Positions 1 through 15,000 of a DNA stretch of 64,000 nucleotides are shown in pieces. Position 1 is the stretch's first letter; each line of letters starts with the position of its first letter. The notes under the pieces were generated by a model, which was not told where the DNA came from, ran no database searches, and saw only the letters and a list, made by a program, of their open reading frames with translations. The stretch is from Phallusia mammillata. Lineage: Eukaryota. A program made the translations under genes and the position numbers. Where the stretch lies: positions 9,052,001 to 9,116,000 of the forward strand of contig OZ281497.1 of NCBI GenBank assembly GCA_965637545.1, given 5' to 3'.

Positions 1-3000
1 TCTTTTTATCTTGCTTCATAAGTTTTGCGGAAAACTCGACGAGAATCCCGAGAAAGCTTAGATTAGGTGGTGCTTCCATATCTTCGTTGATGCTGCCATC
101 CTCAAGACGCAGAGCAAACAGAATACCTTCCCTGTATACAAATAAATACAAGTAATGAGTACGGGAAAGTCTAAAAGTGGGCCGATTTTGGCACAATATC
201 AACTTTATAGAGCTATTCTGGCAATACTTTATCGAGGGTATTTTTATACCAACATTTCGACGTCCTATGCATGTCGCTTTCATCAATTCTCGAGTTATTG
301 AACATTCACCAACGGGGCAACACAATAACCTTAAAACAGACGTAATGCTTTCAGCCTGCCATAGGCGCCCGCCCAAATCAATCGTTATCGCACAGTGTTT
401 TCGATGCGTTGTGACGTACTTGCGTTTAAATCTTTTTCCTTTGATTATCGTGCACTGTACTAGTCGCATTCAGTGTTATTTACCCTGATGAAGGCGACCT
501 GTGTATAGGACGTCGAAACGTTGGTATTAAAATACAATTGCCAGAAGAGATCTATAAAATTCTGGAACTATTTTCTAAATTTTATAAATAACAATAAAAA
601 AATCTTTACTGATAGTATTATACAGCCCACTAAAACAATATGAACAATCCTTAAAGCGATCCAAAGTTTTAAGAACTGGGAACCACATAACAAAACATAT
701 ACACTCTTACTTATGCAATTCAGCAACTGCGTCTCTTGTCTTGACCTGGTCGAGCCCAAAAGTAAGAGCAAACCTACGAGCCAGCTCCTTCATATGTCCA
801 TACTCTTGTGAGCTGTAATCCAAGTGGCCGCCCTGAACACGGACTGTCTCTTGATACAGCTGCATAGAAAAACGAGATATTCTTCAGATAGTGTTATTTT
901 TCTATTTTAAAAGCACTAAGAAGCGTTTGCTAACATCAATCCTTTTTTTTGCTCTGTTGAATTGGGGAATCATTTTGGTGGATATTTGTGGTATATAGGA
1001 ATGCATTTAATCGCACAACCTGTTTAAATGCATATGGGCCGTATAACCAGCCATTTGTTTAAAAATCACTGGATAAAAATGGCTAATACAAATAAACTGC
1101 TTCGAGACAATACAACTCGGAGAAATAAAATTTACACACATGTTCTATAATTTGTTGACAAGCTCGATGGTGGTTAAAATGTCAACCAACTTCCATAAAT
1201 TAAAAAAAGCTTTTGCTAACTGTTTAGTCAAAATATTAGCAAAGCACTAGATTTTTTTAGACAAAAAGTATAACAGTATAACAACGCCCAGTAATATGTA
1301 TAAAACTTTACCAATGGTTGCGAAAAATACAAGATATGGGAATGAAATAAACGTTTGGTAATAGAAAGTTGACATACCGTCATTAGACTGAGAGCGAGAG
1401 TCTTGGCACATGACAACTTGTCAATATGACGTGATCGACTGATTGTCTCTTTGATGATGTCACCATAGTCCGAGTAAAACCTGAAACAGAAAAAAATGCG
1501 ACAAATGACGCAAGGATGATCCAAAACACAAAAATCTACAAACATCTATTCATGATGCTTAGAAATTAAATTTTGGGAAATTGTTTCTGTCAAACACCTA
1601 ACTACACAAGATACGTTTCTTATCACAAAATATGTAGTTCTTTCGGCGACCTATACGAGAAACCACACGTGCGGACCGCTTTTGAAACTGAACTACAAAC
1701 ATTTAGCAATGAAAACGCCTAAATTAGTTTGTCATCCTTGGGATGCATGGGCAAAATGTTTCAAAGCCTTTAACCCGAAAAAGCATACGACCCGAAACGA
1801 ACTGCTCGCGGACGGGCACCGGGCCGCAGACTGGCGGTCGCCGACAACTGCCTTATTTGCGTCATTGTTGCGCTAGGAAGTGTTCAGAGATAGTTTTATA
1901 GTTATCCGGTATCATTGTGATATTATTGCATTATTCAACTGTTTAATTCAGTTTCATTCATGCTTTAAGACTGGACAAGTTATTTTGTCCTTGTAAGTTC
2001 ATTATTTTCCATACCTGATATACTGTTGGAAGATATAGGCGGCCAGTCTGAGTTCCATCATACAGAAAACGAAGAGTTTACAAACATTCGCCAACAAAGA
2101 CCTTCTTCTGTGCAGGGCGTCAATTTTAGCAGCGTCATCGTCGTCTGGAACAAAAACATGACTCAGCTAATATATGGTGGTAACAACATCGATTAAAATA
2201 CTGAACAAGCGTTTCCAGCAGGTTGCTTATGTGACAAATTTGTCATTTAACTGCCGTGATGAATGATGGTAAAAACCTAAAAACCTAAACCCTGTTTTCC
2301 GCCACTTATTACGCACAACTTTCCCACCAACTATCGGACATTAGTTAAGCACTGTTGTATTGTGGCGCATACATTTTTTCACGGCAAAAGCCTGTGTTCA
2401 TATGCAATTATTTTATCATATCTCGCTACACAAAATTTCATTCATTGCTCTTAAGAATCCCTACCGTTCTGCTGGGCAAAACGTCAGCATAATTACAAAA
2501 AAAAAACTAAAAACTATTTTGTATAACATCACACCACTTGAAAGACAAATTTGTTGAACAATATCGATTTTAAAACATTTGCAAAATATGTATTTTTTAC
2601 ACTGTTTTTTAATAAAAATTTGTTGCATAAAAAGTGTTGGATTTCAACTTTAATAACGAGTTAAACAGAAATGTTACCATCGTCATCTTCAGTGGCTACG
2701 AAGACAAATTCTTTGACAAACTCGATGAGCGCATGTTGCAGTGAATCTGATGCTCTCTGAACCAGAGGTTTTAATGTGGGACTTGAGTTGGCCAGTTGGG
2801 GAGCAAACATCACAAGCAAATCACAAATTGACATGTAACTTTCCTCTTGCACCTAGTAAAAATAAAACTAAGGTATCACAGAGGTGTTAAGTCCAAAAAA
2901 GCAAACTTCAATTATGTGGTGGTTGGTAAGTAAGGAGTAAAACTGATTTTAAAACTAAGATAGTGTTTCCATAAGAAGCTGAGGTAGTGTGTCCCTGTAT

Positions 3001-6000
3001 CACATTTTTCTTATTTTTTGTTAATTATAATTAAATATTGTGTACTATCGTTAATCAACATTGTTATTTTGAAGCAAAAAATTGAATATTGTGTCCTAAA
3101 ATATGCAACAAAAATTATACAGCATAACTCAACAAGCCAGGGTAATAGGTACCATTTGTATAATATGTATTGACAGTTTTCCAAACCTTTTTGTGGGGCG
3201 ACTGGGTCAAAAGATATTCACATGATCTCAAATACTCTGTCACCCTTTGACGAAGTTGGGAAATTGCCGCACGGGGGTCTTCTGCACCCCCAACCCCAAG
3301 GGTGCCCTCACTTAACTCTTTTGCCTTGTTAAGTGCATACACGAGATCGTAGTAGATAAATTTCACAGCCTGTCTCAACATCTGTAAATGAAAATAAGTT
3401 TCTGGCTAATTGGGAATGTTAAGTCAATTAAAGTAGACATTTTTACTTTGATCAATGAAATGTTGAAATGGTACAGTACATATTTTTTATTCTACAGTTT
3501 AGCTGAACATAAATGTACCTTACAAGAACTATAGAACATAGTTAAAAAGGAAAATTTACCGGTTCTGGTATTGAATCTGGTCTCTCTTGGTGCATTTGCA
3601 AAATGGAATTCACCTGTAAATTAAATAAAGATATTTTTTTAATACTTGTAGGGTATGCATGTATATGCCAAATAAGTATTTATACATAAAAATTTTAAAT
3701 ACATTTTCCAACTCTAAAAACAAAGTACCTTTGGAAATTGGTAGTTTGTCAATAGCTGAGTGTATAACAATTTCATAGTGTATCAACCATTTTTACCAAA
3801 ACAAATTTTATAATTTTAACAAAAACAAAATTATGAAAAATAGGATAGTTGTTTTCCTATATATTGCCAGTTTATATATACAGTACTACATATTTAACGA
3901 TGTATCACATATACCATTTACTATATTTATAATGGATATATATTTGGCACCTACATTTCATTGGGTCCCTATCTTTTTCCTGGCACTTTATAACATAATT
4001 GTTTCTGCAAGCATAATCTAATGGGTCCCCACACATGTGCATATGCGATTTGGTAACAATAAAAATAGGGCACAATCATTGTTAAACTGGTATAGTGGTT
4101 TTCCTATATATTCCATTTTACAAAAACTGTGCCATATCTTAACATCTTAATTCCAACCAGTGAGAAAATGGTCAAGTGACGACTGCGTTCATGCGTGAAG
4201 CAGAGGCATTTTTCCATGCGCCACTACCGTCAATCACTCCCATTGCGTCAGCTGTGCATTGAGCGAGCACAAATGCGACAAACAACAGCATGTAAAAACA
4301 TATTTGGGGCTGTACTGTCTTTTATAACCTTGGTTGTTTCTGCAAGCAGAAACTCATGGGTCCCCCACACATGCAAAGTTGTAAATAATGCATTTCAAGA
4401 GATAACGATGAGAAAGTTTGGTATCGTTAGGTCAAACACAGTGATCGGTACTTTACATAAATCAATATGTTATAAGGAGTACAAACTATTTAAACTCATT
4501 CCATTAATACAGTTTTGAAGGTTCTTCTATTTTATGGTCTATCTGAGAAAAAGGGTTAAATAGTGAGAAAATAGGCTAAAACACAATAATCGGCTCCTAT
4601 TAATGGCAAATTTCACATGATGGTAGGAGGCTAGTGGAGTAAATGATAGAGGACAGGGTTGAACACAAGAATCAACACCTATAAATGGGACACTCTACAA
4701 GCTATCTGAATTTTATTAAATTCTGACATTGTTTAAAAAATAACCTTTTTGGGGGGCTAGTGGGGTAAATGTTGGGGGAACAGGGTTGAACATAACAAAC
4801 AACAACTATAAATAGCACACTCTATAAGCTGTCCAAATTTCATCCAATTCGGACAATATTTAAAAAATTCACCCATTTTAGGGGGCTAGATACCCCTCTA
4901 GCCGGGTTAAGCACAACAATTGACACCTATAAATGACAAATTCTACAAGCTGTCCAAATTTCATCTAATCCCAACACCGTTTAAAAAACTGACCCATTTT
5001 AGGGGTTAGTGGGGTAACTGATGGGGTTCAACACCCAAACGTAAGAAATATGAAATCACAATGACCCAATCAACAGTTGTGTAAGTTTTTATCCAAATCG
5101 GCCAATGTTTAAAACTCTGGCCACTAGAGGTGTTATAAGCAACATTCGTCAACGCTTCTGACGTCATAAGGCTGTTAACACCCCTCTGTTGCCATGTGCA
5201 AAAACGACCACCTAGTAATGCACAAACACAAGTAGCAAATGTTCTGTTGCCTTTATTATACCATTCTACCACAGAAATCTTTCGTTTGTGGTGCGCAGCA
5301 ACATACAAAAACGTTTTACACTTTGGGGTCTAGCGGGGTAAATACTGGGGTTATCAAGTCAAACAAAGCAGATGGCACATCTGCATAACTATATCTACCA
5401 TCTGTGAAAGTTTCATCCAAATTCATCAAAGATTTCATGTCAAAAGTGCATGGACAAACTTCATCGGAGAAAAAAACAAACATAGTGAAATCAAGATGCG
5501 TCCCCTTCAGGGAAGGGGACCCATAATTACTGAGCCGATTGCACTGAAAATTTTAACAGCCAACAAGGAGCACCCTATCCACAGCTGTTTAAAATTTCAG
5601 CAGGTTAAGTCTTGTATTTCTGACCTCATTAACATGTGAACAAACAAATAAATATTTTGGGGTAAAGGGGTGAAATTGGATATATACAGCTTCAAGTTAC
5701 AAAATACTTTAAAATACGCTGCAATGTACCAATCAAAAAAGTATGAAACTTTGCTTTAGCAAGTATAGCCGTTTTAAATTTTTTTGGGGGCCGTGGGTGA
5801 ACCGTGGGATTAAACAGTATCAAAATTCACATGGACCGTCTTTGGACCAATATCTATGTGTGTAAATTTGAAAAAGTTTAAACCATTCTTTCTTGACCAA
5901 AACGTGGGAACAAATCTGCGTTAGACGGAAAAAAGGGAAGGGGACCCATAAAAAACATATTTTGCAATGGTCTATTTATCCTTTTTTCCGAAAAAGTTTT

Positions 6001-9000
6001 TTGCTTGTACAAATCGCCTAATGAAAACTTACTTTAAAATCATTCTCAGTTATTTACAACAGAAATACAATGACACAAATTCAAATATACTAAAAAGCAA
6101 CATACATGTGGATAGATATCCCAAGATCTCATGTCATTGTACATGTACAAGTTTGTCAATCTCTTCAAACCTTGCACCACATTGTATATCTCTTCTTCAT
6201 CAGCCTCATCACCCTGTTACGAACATAAATAGTATATAAATCTAGTTCTCTAGATCAGTGTTTATCAACCTTTTTAAGACCACTGAGCACTTTATGCAAT
6301 AAAATAAACAACCCTACACCCAATTGCTGCAATGGGCCCATACAGTTACATTCCTATTAACACCTGATAATCTTTCACAGAACACCAGTTGAAAATCCAT
6401 GTTTTACATCACCTTAACTAGATACATATTGAATGTAATGTAGTGGTCTGCAATATTGAGCACTACAAATAGGGGGAAAACGTTTTTTTAAGTTAAAAAT
6501 AAATTATGGCCATCCAAGAGAATATGTGATGCACAAAAATTAGGAATTTACATGTTTCCAATGTTTTGAAGTGCTACAATTCAAGACAAAAACTGCCTAA
6601 TATCTAAAATAATTTTAGCTTTCTGACCGATTCTCTTTTTTCTGCCACAATAAATTTTATTGAGGGTACAACATATCCCTTAGATCAGTGGTTCTTAACC
6701 TTTTTTCCTTGCTGCACCCCTTTCAAATCACCAACCAGTTTTCGCACCCCCTGGGTTTTTGTATTTATACCAGGGGTTCTTAAACTTTTGCGGTCGTGCC
6801 CCACTTGACACTATTTATTTTTTCTCCCCCCCTAAATAAAGATTAGCACTGATAGTGTTTGTCTTGTTTTTCGGAAACAACATGGTAGGTCCGCTTTAAG
6901 CTATTGTCAAGTTAGTTCCAAACGTTAGAAAAATGAAGGCACTTAAACAGTTGCGCGCACAGAGCCACGTTACCAGTATTCTTGTAAACCATATGTAGCC
7001 CAGAAATTGTTGATTCACTCAAAGTCAAGGCAATCTCTAATGCGAACAAATAAAGAATGTACAGCCGACTATATAGTACAGGGGTCACCAAACTACGGCC
7101 CGCGACCCAATTTTTTAGGTTTGTCAAAACGTATTGATAACTTTGTTACAGTCAAAAATTAATCTACTCCTTACGAAAGTTTACTGTTACGACATGTAAA
7201 ATTGATATTACCTAGTTTCATAGGATTGCAACGCCCAGGACTGATCCAAAGCCAGTTTATTATGTCATAGACAAGACAAAAAGTGTTAATTGCGCTCAAA
7301 CAATTGCCTTATTGTGTTATTTGTCACGTAATATACAAGCATTGCTAACTATACAATTTAACAGTCGCATCAACAGATTTTAAATTGGATTGTAGAAAGA
7401 CCATATCGTGGCGCACCTAGAAAAATCGCCTTGTGGACTAAGTTTGAGAAGACAGCACTAGGGCATGAAAAAAGTTTGGTTAGTACAACTGGACATCCAT
7501 TTCAAAGTAATGAAGCGCTTACTTTGATTTCTAAATAAGTTAGAAGTCAGCGCCAACATAATTCCCATGCACTCATTTACAATTGTTTGCAAGTGAAAGC
7601 AGCCATAATGTGCTGCGAACCCTTCACGCCCCCCAGTTTAAGAACCCTTCATTTATACAGAATAGACCTAACCAACCTTAATGATTCAGCATTCCCACAC
7701 CCCCTAGGAACAGTTCTCGCACCCCTTGGGGGTGCGTGCACCCCAGGTTAAGAACCCCTGCCTTAGATGTTCATATAATAATAGGTTAAAAAACCAAGTA
7801 TTTCATGCACAATATAGTAAAACCAACCAAAAAATATGCTGCACATTTGCCTACCGCTTCTTTGAAAATCCCCAATGCCAAATTAAAGTTCTCGATCCAG
7901 GTGTCAATAACAGCTCTTCTTGCAACTGAAACTTTGCTGTATATCGCATACTCTTCATCACACAAGTGGTAGTAAGTGCTGGATGCTTGTTCCAACACCT
8001 AATTGTTAACAAACAATTGACGATGAAAACTATAAAATTAAAATTTGGGACAAAAACTTCCAAACACCGTATGTCAAGGGGTGTCAAACCAGTGGCCTGC
8101 AGGTTAAATCTGCCCCAACAATCTCATTTTGTGGTCATGTATTATGTAATATATTGTGGTTTCTTTGAGTTTAATAAGTTTACACTGACCATGTAAACCA
8201 GGGGTTCCCAACCTTTTTACGATCTCGTACCACTTGGACGCTCTGTACTGCCACGCGTACCACTTCTTGCACAACAACTAATTTGTTTGAATCATATTTT
8301 ATTCAGAAGAACAATATTGGCCTACTAAAATAAACTAAAGCACCACAACTAAATTTAATGAGATTTTTGTTTTTGTTTACTGTCCACCAATTGGTCGCTA
8401 ACAGTAACAGCGCATCGAAAGTCATTTCAGGGCGCACCTAGTTTTTGTGAAAAACACGGAAGCTATACTCACATACCACCTCAAAAACCTTCGCGTACCA
8501 CAGGTTGGGAACCACTGATGTAAACAGTTCAACAAGCCACTCATATTACAATGACATAACATGACAATAAGAAATATTATTATACCAACATGTCAGGTTT
8601 CAAACAAAGGTTTGTAAAATGTGGCAACTTCTGTGGATTTTGTAGTTTGGAAAGTTTTGAAAACTAAAAGAAACTGGCTGTATCATTTTAAACGAGTTTT
8701 GCCCACATAAAATCTTGGTGGTTACGTAACATCACCGACTATAGATTAGACATTTTTGGGGGGATTTTCTGGTACAAATTACATTTACATTGTGGTATAA
8801 CTAGAAAAGTATTTAGACATCATAAAAACCGTACATCAGAATCTGTGTGTTTGTCAACAACAACAGCCATCTGTGCAAGCAAGTCGTCCAAGTGTTTTTC
8901 CAATCTAAAATAATAAAAAATAGTGTATGGTAAATTTATAATTAGTTTTAAATGAATACTTTTGGTATGTTTTAATTAAATTGACAATAGTTGCTATTTA

Positions 9001-12000
9001 AACAAATGTTGACAATGCCAAATTAAGTTTATATGCAAGTAATCTGTATAAGGTGCCATGTATGTTATGTGAGGATTTAGGCCCAGCCACGTGGTAAAAG
9101 TGAAGAAAACTGTCTTCAATATTACGTAATGGGCATACTAAGTTTAAATGTGAGTATTTTAGAAAAAATGAGTGCGCAACTTTTAACACAGGTGGGCCAA
9201 ATACAACAAATTAGCTTAGAGGCCACTACTTTATTGGCTTGACTTCATTGCGAACCAAGCACTCTTTATATTGAGATGACAGCCACTAGTAAAATTTGCA
9301 AAAGATTCTAGCCTCATTTCCTCAAAAAACAACAATATATTGGTATCACTAATTATGAGTGTTCATTACATAAGCCACATCTTCCTGAAACAATCCAAAA
9401 CACAGAAAATATTTTTTCCCTACGTTGATTAACCCATTTTTACATCATTCACCGCTGATGTTTAAACACTCAAATAGCATACTTTATGGTGCAAAAAGCA
9501 TTAACATGGCTTCGTGTGCCCGGCCAAACAAAACATTTGCAAATTGGGTAAATCTCAAATTCTGACCTGCTGGTTGTGTAGAACTCCAGGTCGAAGTATC
9601 TTGGGATTTGTAGAAGACAAGCAACTTTTTCTTTGTCCACATGGAATTTCTTCAACAGGTTGGGCAGAGCAACGATAAAATGCTCGGTTAGACGTACTTT
9701 GTCCTCGATTGCTGTTTTACGATCCCGAGAAGCAATTTTCTAAAACAAGGCAAATTTTGTTCAAAATCTATGTGACAAATGGTTGAATAAAGTGTAAGTG
9801 ATATATATTGCAAAATCATTGCTTCCAAGATGTTTTTAAAAAACAATGCATTCGAACAGGGGTGTGCAACTTTTGTTACTGTGGGGCCAAATACAACTGC
9901 CAAGATTAGATTGCGAGCAGCACCTTTGTATAACACAAGGTGATTTTACTTTGCTTACCAAATATGGTTAACTACAAGCAAAATTCGCAGAAGATTTTTG
10001 CCACATATTGCCAGGACATAGAAAAATAGCACCAGACGCGTTTATCTACTCAAAAATAAATAATAATTGGACTTGTTTGCCGTGGGCCACACAACCATTA
10101 ATTAATGGGCTGCATTTGACCCGTGCAGGTTGCACACCTCTGATTTAGAATATGAATATTTTTTACCCCATTGGAAATAGAATATCATATCCTATATTTT
10201 AACCGAGCAAACCTTGCTATAGCCTTGTCTTCCAGAAGGAGGAACACCATCTGAAGCTTGTTTTACAGAACAAACCATAATATCAACTAAGGCACTTTCC
10301 TGGCGCTCATCCAGAGCATCGCGGTCATTGGCTGGCTCTTCCAACAACATGTCAGACATACATTCCCAGTCTTTTAACATGGGGCCAGCCACTTCCCAGA
10401 GAGAGTCCACTAGATAAGTTGCATGCTCATGTAACTGTAAAAAGGCAGTAGTTTCTCTTTTCAAATTTCACATTTTTGCTTCAAATATCAATAATTGTTA
10501 AGTTCAGTATATTTTCTTTGCCTATTGTCCATAGCTGCTACAGTTGAGCAATATGATATTGCCTGCTATAAATGACTACTCCTAGATATTACTAAAGAGT
10601 TATTCTAAGACCATGATGGAACCATAAACACCCCAAAAAGTTCAGGCCCTTACCCCAATTTAGGAAATCACAAATGTAAGGGTTTAAACAATTGTGTATT
10701 ACCCTTACTATACCATAACACACAAAATGGTGTTAAAAAACAAAGAAAGCAAGCAATAGTCAGAGGAAACAACTGTTTTAGTTGGTGTATATCCATGACA
10801 TTTTTTTTTCATTATATGTACATATTTCGATTTTTCTTGACCCAAAGTTGAGATCCAAATTTTCCACCTATTTGCAGACCCTTGGTGCATAGGACTGCAC
10901 ACCTTACTTATAGATGTTATACGGCAAGAAAACTTGTGTAATTAAAAATTTTCGTAACATTGCTCTTGCACTTACCTCACTCTCAATGAAGAACATGACA
11001 AGATCAGATATCAGTGGAGCATTAGGGCTGCGCCTTCTTCCTCGCTTTGTGTATCCAGGATTCACATCCTAAAACGAAACAATGACCAATAATGGAAACT
11101 GGTGAAAATTAACTAAATTATGACAAATATCTGACAATGTACCCAAGTAGAATTTCTGAGACAATTTTTGTCAGAGTTGCCCATACAAGAGCTAGAGACT
11201 GTTATTTACCTTGTCTGCAAACAATTGTTTGTTAAGAAACTCAGCAGCTGCTATAGCAACAGGTCGATGGCAGGAAAACACCAGCTGATACACACTTTCA
11301 CTGTCACCAGAAGTCAGCACAGGGCTGTCATAGCCACAATTTCTAAAAGAACATTCAATTTCTATTTTAGCAACTATTATATCAGTGCTCCTAAATATTT
11401 TACTGTGGCGACCCAAATATTTAACATAAATTTAAAACTATATTTTATTAACTATTTTTGAAGTGTTGGAATGGTACAGACCTAATTGCAAAGTCTTAAA
11501 CATCAAATAAATATGTGCAACTTAGTATCAAACTCAAGTATCATAGGTTGTTGAACTGTTGTAATGGCAACCCATCCAATTTTTTGGCAATTAACTTTTG
11601 GGTTGCGTCATAGAGCTTTAACAGAACTGCACTAGATAGTGATAGAGTGTTTGAAACCATGTCACATTAACCTACAGGAAGTTGCCTGGTATAATGTGAT
11701 TTCTGAGAAACGATTTCCAACTATTAGCCACCTATAACAGCTTAATAAAAAATCAAACAAAGAGTTCTTACACAAGAATCAAAACAAGAAGTTTGATGGC
11801 AAGCACAGCAACATCATATTCCTTGTCAAGAGTCATAGAGACAATCCGATCCTTGAAGCGACTTGTGAAAAGTTTCAGGTCTCTGGTCATTTCTGTATCA
11901 GCATACAGACCGATGAGTGTGTTCAGACATTTTAGTCTTACTTCCTTTTGCTGTGGAAAAAGGTAAAGCAGTGATTAGTAAGCAATTCATTCAAGGAGTT

Positions 12001-15000
12001 GGATACTTTGAGTCCTACTGATTGTTACTAATTCAAACAAATCTGTTTTTCCAGATTAGAAATGGCACCCTATGACTAATGAAAAGATGCAGGTGCTTAT
12101 TGCACAGGCATGCATAACACTTCTAATATTTTTCGATTCATAAATGTATTAAAAAAATTGACAAATTTATCTTATAAAACAGAAATACAAAAACAAAATT
12201 CCATTTTTTCTGATAAAATCAAAGCAAAAAATAAGAAGTAAATAAAAACAGAGAACCAACATTCATTATCAGTACCTTGTCATGAAGTGTCCAACCTACA
12301 TATTTTAGGTAACTGTCAGTTAGGAAAACTTTTGGAAACATTTTCATCCAAGTTCCAATTTCCTCCATACAGAGAGCTCGAATGTCGGCAATGTAATCAC
12401 GATATCGATGCACAAAGATTCCCTGAATGTAAGATAAAACATGTTTCAAAAATTTAGGTTAGCTTTCAATGCCTGAAGCTCACCCAAACACACAAGTGAT
12501 TTGGTTATTTTTTAATGTGTTGGTTTGTTTAAGAAATGATGAGTAGGAGACGTAACATGCCGATTTTCGCAGTAGGTTGTCACATACCTTAAAAATGCCA
12601 TTAAGCATGTTTTCGATTTCACTTTGTTGTTCTTCAAGCTAAAAAATGAAAAAAATTTTTTTTAGCTCTGTTGAATAAAAATAACCTGAGTTCAATAACT
12701 CATTTTTACAGAAATTCAAAACAGTAATGTTGGGACGAAACCAGGTTTTAAAGCGAGTACGAGTACCACATGTATATACCTTCGATACCGAGTCCGATTA
12801 CTGAATAAAGTGTAGTGTTGTACTTAGTTGTATATCATTGGCTAATTTATCGGTCATGGTCGGGGGACATACACACATGCCGAAAAATGTAAGCTCCACG
12901 TGATAGCGAAAAAGATATACATAAACTGGCGGAACTTTTTCCCAATTTTGTGCTGTCCAAAGCAAATATCGTATTCTTATGATGTAAATGGGCTTTCGGT
13001 ACTCGCATGTTGGAATCAAAAACTGGGACAAAATATTTTGATACCGAGTACGAGTATCGATACCACTGACATCATTCGATACCATCGATACCAAGTACTC
13101 GTCCCACCATTACAAAACAGGTGTTTTTTGCTATTTTTAGGCATTTTCACTGCCAATAAGTACAATTACTAAAATCTTGCATATGTCAGTTCAAAATACA
13201 TATTGTTTAAAGCCGTGTAGTCGGCTACTTTTGACAACCATTCCAACATGCCAAAAGAAAATATTTTTTGACTTATTTTGCACATTTTACATATCTTACC
13301 TCCTTTCGTTTTTGTAGCAAAATATCAAGCTTTTCAGATGCACGTTTGTTCAGTGCTTTGTTGCGCTCAGAGTCATATTGCCGTTGTGTGTTGTCCAAAC
13401 TTACACTTAATCCCAATGCAACATTCACCAAACCAGTCATTAGCTTCATTGCTAAAAAAACAATTTGCATTTTTCAATACAACACAGGCATAACAAACAT
13501 GGGCTGCGAAAGATTTCTTAAGCTACCATGACACAAATGTTTTTGTGAAAAAAATAGCAAAATTAAAAAAAGAATAAAAAAGTCCGAGTCATAGATACAT
13601 ATTTTTTTATCTGATTTTCTTACCCCTAAACAAACTGTTTTAAGAATCTCATTCTATATTAAGAATCAAGGTTTGTTTAGGGGTTCTAGGTTTGTTTAAT
13701 TGCATTTAGGACATGTTTAGCAATTTTTTTTCTCCAAAAAACAAATTTACAAATATACACCTTTACTCCCTGCAATCTTAAAAAAATAATTGTTCTATAC
13801 ATACCAGCAAGAGTTGATGTGTGACGAAAAGCTCGAACTTGTGAGTTGCTTAATTCAGTGAGCAGAGTCAAGACATTATCCATCATGTACTGATCATATA
13901 TAATTTGATATTGGCACTGCCTAACCAAGGCCTGCAATAAAAATGTGCCCAATTTTATGTGTTTGTTGAAATGAATCCCAATCCTTTAAAAATTATTTGT
14001 TATTAAAAAAGTCTGTTTAATTGCATGAAACAAATCTGAAACTTTGATATAAATATACCAGATTGTTTGTACCATAAAATACAACTTAACTTAACTAGCA
14101 TTGCAGTTTTTAAACCAAAATTTTCTAATTTACCTGAACAAAATCACAAAAGTTTGATCTAAACTTTCTGTAATAAGTTCCAGCAGCAATCAATGGATAG
14201 TCACCACTATCCTGAGAAATAAAAACAATGATTTTAACATACTATGCAAAAAATATATACATATGAAAAAAATAAAATCATTTTTTTCGAGATCAAAACT
14301 ATTAAAAATGGCAAAAGTAATAAAATGGTAACCCAACATTTTTCCAAACCACCCAAATACATTTTACTCCCTAAACCTTAATGTAAGTAAAAGCAAATTA
14401 TAGTTTATAGTTTGGAAGGTCACTCAACACCCGCCGAAAAGAACATCAACGGGATGTTGCCAACAGCGACACGAAGAAGTCGGCCCTGTCCAATCATGCG
14501 GTATCACAAGGCCACCGTATTGGTTTCAATGTGGCACTGTTGTGGCCCGGGAGCCTGACTACAGGAAAAGACTATTTCTTGAGTCATGGAATATTCACCA
14601 ACGGGGCAACACAATGAACATCAAAACAGACGTGATGCTTCCAGCGTGCTACAGGCACCTGCTTAAAGATTAGAGGGCCAATCATTTGTTATCGCGCGGT
14701 GTTTTCGTTGCGTTGTGACGTGCTTGCGTTCTATTCTTTTTTTCTTTGTTTATCGTGCACTGTGCTAGTCGCATTCAGTGTTATTTACCCTGATGAAGAC
14801 GACCTGTGTAGGACGTCAAAACGTCGGAATAAAATCACATTTGCCAAAAAAGCTCTTTAAACTTGAAGTAAAAATCTTTCACAATAAAATATATAACTGA
14901 ACAAATTTGGCAATCGACCTACACAATTTGTATGATTTCAAACAAAAATTTTACCTCATCAAATTCTTCTGTCATTCGCTTAATGACATCTTGAAATCCT

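Noticed and set aside
177-488. 103-aa ORF and the many other 60-130-aa ORFs in introns or antisense to real exons (e.g. 19446-19853, 37590-37928, 56990-57211, 59627-59923)
   Set aside because: They have no recognisable motifs and are explained as shadows of real CDS, repeats or random ORFs in AT-rich DNA.
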